Of a stretch of 64,000 nucleotides of DNA, positions 56,659 through 64,000 are shown piece after piece (the stretch's first letter is position 1; each line of letters begins with the position of its first letter). The stretch comes from Eledone cirrhosa. Its lineage: Eukaryota. The DNA is taken from NCBI GenBank assembly GCA_964016885.1, contig OZ024742.1, forward strand, positions 259,098,001 to 259,162,000, in the 5' to 3' direction. The translations under genes were made by a program, and so were the position numbers. The notes under the pieces are model-generated. The model did not search any database, was not told the DNA's origin, and saw nothing but the letters and a program-made list of their open reading frames with translations.

Positions 56659-57635
56659 AATTGTGCGTGTGTGTGTATGGTTGTTGTTCATCATCTCACA
56701 CCAATGTGGGTTTGAATGGCGCCCTATGATTGTAAATGCAATACAAAAACCACTAATCAAAATGCTTTTAACATCAGTTTCAAGGACCGTAAAATGTTGA
56801 TTTACACATATAATTTCCAACTCAGTGAGGGACAGAAACATAATTTACTGATATCCATGAACACTGCCATTATTTTAATCACCAAGCATTAATATATAGG
56901 ATATATATCCTCTGAAAAACAAAGAAAATGTAGCTGTATATAAACATATATTTTCATACATTAGGGGTGAATAAAATATGTCCCGAATATTTTATACAAT
57001 TATTAGAGGATTATTTCCGCTATTAAAAGCTGTTGTTATGGTAAAGTTTTCGTGTATTGCATGTAGATTTAACAGTTGTTCTGTTAAAGAAAATGAAATG
57101 CTATATATATAGTGCGTGTGTAATATTTAGAACACGAAAAATATACACGCACACACGTATAATCTCAACTGTATTATTGTATAGTTTTATATACAAGTAT
57201 TATGTATGCACGTGTGTTTAGGTGTATGGATGTGTATGCAAAAATATATATACCGTATGTATATCTTTACATGCATAAACGTTAAATGGTTCATGAATTG
57301 AGCACTCCTTCGACTTTGCGTACACAACAGTTTTTTTTCATTTTATCTTATGTTTGTAATATGGTTATTGCATTAGTGTTAAATACCTCGTATTGAATAG
57401 TCTGGATTCTTCCACAACAACTGCAACCATGTTGTAACACAATTAGACAGCTTTTTAAGGTAGTAAATAGTACTGAGATTTAAAAAAAACATCTATCTAA
57501 TATCGATATTATATATACACATAAATATGTGTGTGTGTATTTATGCTAGCACACATTTGTATATATATATATATGGGTGTAAATGTTTACGTACGCACAC
57601 GCATACATATACATGCACATACACACCCACATATG

Positions 57636-57695
<60 letters not shown>

Positions 57696-58389
57696 GTGTG
57701 TTTGTGTGCACACAAATGTACATAAGAGATGTTCTGTTATTTATTCTTAATATCTATCGAGAGATCTCTTGAAAAAAATCTGTTTGGTTTAAGTGTAGAC
57801 ACAAAGGTGTATACCTCTATCAAATTATGACAGTAGGCGCCAGAACTGTAAACATAAATCGGCGAAATTATAAGCAAGTCAATTGAGAAAAGTAAAGTAA
57901 AAAATGACCGAATAAATGAATAAAGATCTTATTAGGAATAGTAGAATTGTAGAAACAGAAAATTGCCAACGAATGAGGGGGAAAATATTCCAGACAAAAC
58001 ATATCGGAACGAGATTCACTTTGAATTGGTCTTTTCCATTCTTTTTTTATTATTTCGGAAGTGAAAAACCGAAAACCTGCATATGTTTTTGTCTCTTAAA
58101 GATTTCATCATTTTTCGCCCAAGGATTGAACAAAAAAAAAACGAAAAATAGAAAAATTATCATTGCATTTCTATTTTTCTCGTTCTTTTGTGGTTATTGA
58201 TATATTTTTGCAATGTTAAAAACTTACTGGAAAATTGAAATGGCTTCCTCACATAGGTATTATATATATAAGTACACACCCACACTCTTACATATATATA
58301 CATATATGATATATAAAAGTGCGTTTTCTTAAATGACTGTGTGCATATACAGCCGTTTTCTTTTCTATTTTTGCGGTAGCTACGAACAT

Positions 58390-59430
58390 ACTTATAAGTA
58401 CAGAGGTTCGAGTTAATTTTAGATTCTTCTAGAATATTTCTATATCGGCATTCATCCTGTTGTCTACAGTTGCTGGTGTGCTGTTCTATATTTAGTCATG
58501 ATCGAGGTTTTGGTGTTGGAAAGGAATCGGGAATTGGTTGAGTGGGATTAATTTGTTTGTTTATAGAGTTTTCTGTAAGAGAATGTCTTTTGTTGCTATT
58601 GTTAAGTGAGTGGAGTGGTAACCATTTTTTAATTTCTACCATCTATCCGGACATGTGTTGATGGGTTACTTTTGGTATATTTGTAGACATCTTTCAGGTT
58701 TAATCCTGTAATGACGTTTTATAGGTTCAGAGTGGTAAATTATAAAAGCCTAATGGTACGTTTGTTCAGAATTCTAAGGTATATATGGAATAGAGGAATG
58801 TTTTTATCTATTAATCTAAAGAAATGGTCTGAGACTCTTGTTTCGACCTGGCTATTGTCTGCCGGGTTATACCATAGATATTTTATAGAACGACATCCTT
58901 CTGGTAAAGTAGTGGTATGGAATTGTTTTCGAATTCGTTTGATCATGTGCGCCTCATACAACTACTTCTTCTGTTGATATGGATGTGCGTTTATTTAATA
59001 TTTGATTTAAATGTTTTCGAGAGAGACATTCTGTGTTAGTCTGATTCATGTGCCTCCAGCATGACTTTGGTCTTAATATTAAAATCTGACCCTGTTGTGT
59101 GCTTCGTTGTAGTAGATCGCGTGTTCATCAAAGATGGTTTCAAAGGTCCTTAGAGATGCGCCTTTTATAACAGAATTGATAACGGACCATGGGTGGTTGT
59201 TCTTCTTTTATACATGTATATATTGTTTTCATTAGTTTTGTGGAAATGATTAAATATATCAGAATTTAATTCAAGAGTCACATCGAGGAAGGTGGTGATG
59301 TTATATTCATGCTCAAAATAGATTTTTTAGACCCTTGCTTTTAAAGAAGGATCTCATTGCCTTTCTTCTTAGCTGGAGCTATTGTTCGTTAAACGTTTTG
59401 ATATGCAGAAGATTGTCGTCATAGTAGAGA
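58390..59430 (-). pseudogene. Older decayed Penelope-like element related to the 48-kb element
   Basis: Minus strand LYYDD (about 59420), EYNITTFLDVTLELN (about 59290) and KYLWYNP...FFRLIDK...ILNKRTIRL (58740-58961) parallel IYRDD, EYNLKVVNFLDVTLNLN and EYLWYNP...ILNPTTIRL. Confidence 0.8.
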
Positions 59431-59879
59431 TGTAGTAGTTAACATTGAAATTGATTCATTCGTTAATCTTCTGATACACACACCTTTAAATACATTTCTT
59501 AAGTACAATATATGTATTCTTCCTCGTGTTTCTATTATAAGTTTTATAATCATTATTTATTATTATTACTATTATTATTATTAGCTTAGTATTTTAAAGA
59601 GATTTGTGTAAAAACAATTACAAAGAATTAAATAATATAAGAAACTTTATCTGCCATCTTAATTTGTTATATGATCTGGGCTTTTTGTCGTTTTCTATAC
59701 GAGGCTCCCACACTGTTTAAGCTTTCTTTTCACAAAACTTTCAGGATTGAATAATTAATTGCCACTCCGAAACAATGAATTCCTTACATGTATCCTAGTG
59801 TTAATTAGTTAAAATCAGCGAAATCGATCTGCGAAGCTACTGTGTTAATACATCAATAAATTCCAAATTTGTACAATAT

Positions 59880-60300
<421 letters not shown>

Positions 60301-60944
60301 AACCTCATTTCAAATAGTTATTGCAAGCTAGGACAGCTGTACAATATGTAATTGACAGGGGATTTACCAACTTGGTCTACTTTGTTATTCCCCACCCATG
60401 GAATGAATCAGTTCTTTTCTCTCAGATTTAAAGGATTATATCAGCCCACCATTTTTGATGTATCGAATATTTGTTATCTAATATTGCATATTTTTGAGCC
60501 TTAGTATTTGATTTAAACCTCTTCCTCGATATATTCATGTAAATTGTTCCGTAGATCTTTAACCCCGTTATTGAGACGCAGTGTCGCTCCAGGGATACAC
60601 AGCCAGTTTCGTACATTTTACCCTTTGGATACAGCCATTCATTCTAGGATACTAAGCTGCTTATTTTGAATGTTTACATTTATTTAAAACCTTCGATCAT
60701 GGGATTATGTAAGAGCCTTTGTTACATTATCCTCCAAATATTCGGAAAATTACATTACTAAATTCCTTCGCATTTATGAGTATATTCATAATTAATTGAG
60801 AATTTTATCTTGTATTTCAAAAGAAATGTGGAATCAATATTTAAACTTGGTGGAGCTAATCTCTATCCGGAACTGAACACAGTCGATTTCTTCCATTAAA
60901 TGAAAAGGGATTCAAAGATAAAATGATATAGAGGATGAGTGGTC

Positions 60945-61090
60945 CCCAGTATCGGTATTTTATTTATCGACCCCGTGGGAATGGAAGGCAAAGCTGTGCT
61001 CGGTTCAATTTGAACTAGAATTGCGGAAAACCGGAAGGAATGGTGCGAAACATTCTATTCGACAGGGAAGACATCACCCGTTTTATCGCC
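60945..61090 (-). mobile_element. Diverged SINE family A-like
   Basis: GGTATTTTATTTATCGACCCCGTGGGAATGGAAGGCAAAG...ATTTGAACT. Confidence 0.65.
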
Positions 61091-61576
61091 TATTGTATTC
61101 AGGATTCTATTGAAATTATTCGCCTTGCTAAATGAGAAGTGAGATGGACTTCTTTTGGTCAATGGTGAATTTAATGCTCTTATGCTAAATGTTAACTTAT
61201 AAATTGAGGAGTGCATATATCTGGATACTCAGTGGAAGTTGCTATTCAATTAACATTCGATAATCCCTGTTAGTGTTGAACTGTTCAGACCTATCTAAAT
61301 TCTTTCCATCATAATTTTATGTAAGAAATACTAAGCTATGCTCTAAACACTAGATAATTAATGGGGAATATTGTTATATAACAAAATTCGTTCAAATTTC
61401 TGATTATTTTTTAAATGATTTGAAAATCATAAGGAGTCTTTCATTAACATATATAAGAAGAGTGTTAAATTATATTTGAAATGAATAATCTTTAGTCACA
61501 AAGAAAATTAATTTAAATGTAATTTCTCTCATTTTCTCCTTTTCTCCGTCTACTTTAATATCTTTCTCATTTCCTA

Positions 61577-61663
<87 letters not shown>

Positions 61664-61879
61664 CTTTCTCTCTTTCTCTCTCTCTCTCACGTTCTCTCCC
61701 CCCCCTCTCTCTCTCTTAAACACACTCATTTTCTCAATCAATGTAATTATTGTACGTGATTAATAATTAACTACAAGTGTCATTTGATCAAAGATGTGAA
61801 GTTTGCAAATACATCTATTGGTTCTTTCAATATAAATTATTGTTGAAAGCATTTGTCTCAACAATTATGTTCCATTGCG

Positions 61880-62200
61880 ATAAAATCATTCCGTACTAAG
61901 TGTTAGTACTCCGTTAGTTACGACGATGAATGTTCCAGTTGTTTGATCAATGGAGATTTCTGCTCTTGAAAATAAAGTACATAGAACAGCATTCCACAGA
62001 TATTTTTATGTTTAATGAAGTTTGTGAGAGAGACGCTGCGTGACACTGTGACAATGCTGGCAATTTGAATTGCAGATACAACTAGGTGTTTGTCCCTGAG
62101 TGGAATGGAGTAACGTGGAATAAAGTAACTTCCTCCAGAACACGTCGTAATCCGAATTCACTATCTGGTGATTGTGAGTTGAACATCCTAATATCTAACG
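61880..62200 (-). mobile_element. Decayed SINE family B-like
   Basis: TGGAGTAACGTGGAATAAAGT is the reverse complement of the family B core end; shares blocks with 18760-19160. Confidence 0.5.
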
Positions 62201-62507
62201 TATGAGTCATAATTCATCCTCCAATTGATCATATAAATAACTTAACAAGCCATCAACTAACAAACGAATATTTAAGCTCACTCAATTCTCGATAAGTAGG
62301 GTTAAGTACGGGAGATAATTTCTACTAAATGATTACAGGATGTTACGAGTTAATTTTACAATCTGTTCGTACCGTTATTCGAAAACCAGACACACTCATC
62401 TCTTGCGCCGGTTAATGTCCAACAATATAATTTCTGCAAGGTTTGCGAAATATGTGAAGAGATGCAATACGTAATATAACAGCAAGTTTTCTTTACCTTA
62501 ATTTACA

Positions 62508-62618
62508 AATAATTGTTTCTACTTTAGGCACAGGACAAGCAATTATTCCAGTGTATTACTGGTACTTTATTTTATTGACCCAGTAAGGATGAAACGCAAC
62601 GTTATCCTCGACGGGAAT
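62508..62618 (-). mobile_element. SINE family A, partial
   Basis: AATAATTGTTTCTACTTTAGGCACA...TTACTGGTACTTTATTTTATTGACCCAGTAAGGATGAAA. Confidence 0.8.
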
Positions 62619-63055
62619 GTTGATAAGTATAGTGGGCGGGTAGAATCCTTTGAGCCTCCAAAAAATGTCTTAAAGTACGTTTTCATTCGGTGTTCCAATC
62701 CGAGCAAGGCCCAATTTGGCTTTCAACATTCCGTGTTTGATAAAATAATGCAGTCAAATATTCAAGCAAATGATAAAGTTTTACAGTTCTTAAGGTTGCA
62801 AGTTTTGCTCGTTTTCTACATGCGTCACACAGGCGTTTTCTTTTGAGTTTTATCTGTAGAGACTCCTGTCATGTACTAGTGACTTGCTCAAGAACCTATT
62901 GAGTAAATAGAAGCATCAGGCTCAACATCCTAAACAGTATGCCATGCCCATTCATGCCAGTAAAGTACTGGAATCGGTTTCATTGACTTCCCCAATCCCA
63001 CATTTCTTTTTTTACTGAATTGGAAATTCTTATTTAATGAATTATATATATTTAT

Positions 63056-63269
63056 AATTAGAAATAGAAGCTTTCGCCGTATTTTTTTAATAGAGAAATT
63101 TTAGCCTGATAATGGGTTTTAGAACCCTCTAAGATATGGAAAAAGATGAGTGTGGACGTAAACGTACGTCCATACTCATCTTTATCCGTTTCTTATACGG
63201 TTCTAGACCCCACTATCAGACTAAATTTTCTTTAGTCAAACAATACGGTGAAAGCTTCTATTTCTAATT
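63056..63269. repeat. Imperfect palindrome, about 214 bp with a 4-nt loop
   Basis: AATTAGAAATAGAAGCTTTC...AAAGATGAGTGTGGACGTA-AACG-TACGTCCATACTCATCTTT...GAAAGCTTCTATTTCTAATT. Confidence 0.9.
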
Positions 63270-63331
63270 TCGAACTCGCTCGCTGTTTCGAAAACGTACT
63301 TACTTATATATTTATAATTTTGATTAATTAA

Positions 63332-63374
63332 CACTAATTGTTTCTTTCTTTTTCTTTTTTTCTTTCAGGTAAGT
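63332..63374 (+). promoter_or_regulatory. Branch point, polypyrimidine tract and CAG|GTAAGT (recursive-splice-site-like motif)
   Basis: CACTAAT (63332-63338), 25-nt pure pyrimidine tract, CAG (63366-63368) immediately followed by GTAAGT. Confidence 0.5.
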
Positions 63375-63500
63375 TCATTCTTCTTTTGTTTCAACTTTTC
63401 ACTTCTTTATTGAAAATCCGGTGATATGAAGACCAAGTTGTCCAATCAGGAAAATCAATATATATTCTATGACATAAAGGAATACAGTAAGAAACAGTAC

Positions 63501-63545
<45 letters not shown>

Positions 63546-63779
63546 CTTTTTTTCTATTTCTGCCTCTGGCTCTCCACATCGATTCAATCAATGTTAACTT
63601 TTCTACACTCCATCATATCTTACGACAACATATCTGATGACTACATGGTTGTAATATAAATGATACTGTGTGATTGAAATATATATACATAAGGAGAGAA
63701 AGAGGAGAGGGTAAACAGGTAAAGAGCCCCTTCGGTTACGAATGACGATGAGGTTTGCACCTAGAAAATTCCCTTCTAT

Positions 63780-63947
63780 ACATCTTGGCACCAGTGACGT
63801 CGTAATTCATTTCTACAGCTGACTGAACTGGAGCAACGTGAAATAAATTGTCTTGCTCTAGAATACAATGGATCACCCGATCCATAATCAAACTCATAAC
63901 CTAACGATTGCAAGACGAATGCTCTAACTACTAAGACACGAGCCTTC
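63780..63947 (-). mobile_element. SINE family B
   Basis: Minus strand GAAGGCTCGTGTCTTAGTAGTTAGAGCATTCG...GAGTTTGATT...TAGAGCAAGACAATTTATTTCACGTTGCTCCAG parallels the 38968 copy. Confidence 0.75.
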
Positions 63948-64000
63948 GAGTATATATAATTCTGTATGTATATATGCATATACATACACAATTATATATA

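Overview
AT-rich, microsatellite-dense animal DNA; the SINE repertoire and (TA)n density suggest a cephalopod/octopus-like mollusc (inference). I found no confident host protein-coding gene. Bases 1-18356 are a satellite array of 39-bp monomers paired into 78-bp dimers, with kb-scale internal duplications; its huge ORFs on both strands look like composition artefacts. The rest is a transposon landscape: a near full-length decayed Penelope-like element (PLE; RT plus GIY-YIG, Naiad-like) at 47.7-51.5 kb, two further PLE remnants, CRE-like and RTE LINE fragments, two non-autonomous Helitrons and two tRNA-SINE families. The most interesting signal is a set of small non-coding fold-back elements at or near (TA)n tracts that carry type I hammerhead ribozyme motifs (about 26, 38.5, 43.5 and 46.5 kb, plus a lone motif at 42.3 kb). 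Two show head-to-tail junctions, two show a U3:A8 covaried catalytic core, and all fold-backs share the 3'-ends-outward polarity of the PLE. This looks like a PLE-driven retrozyme-like system. A strong recursive-splice-site-like motif sits at 63368. All alignments and folds were done by eye, and boundaries of decayed elements are approximate.
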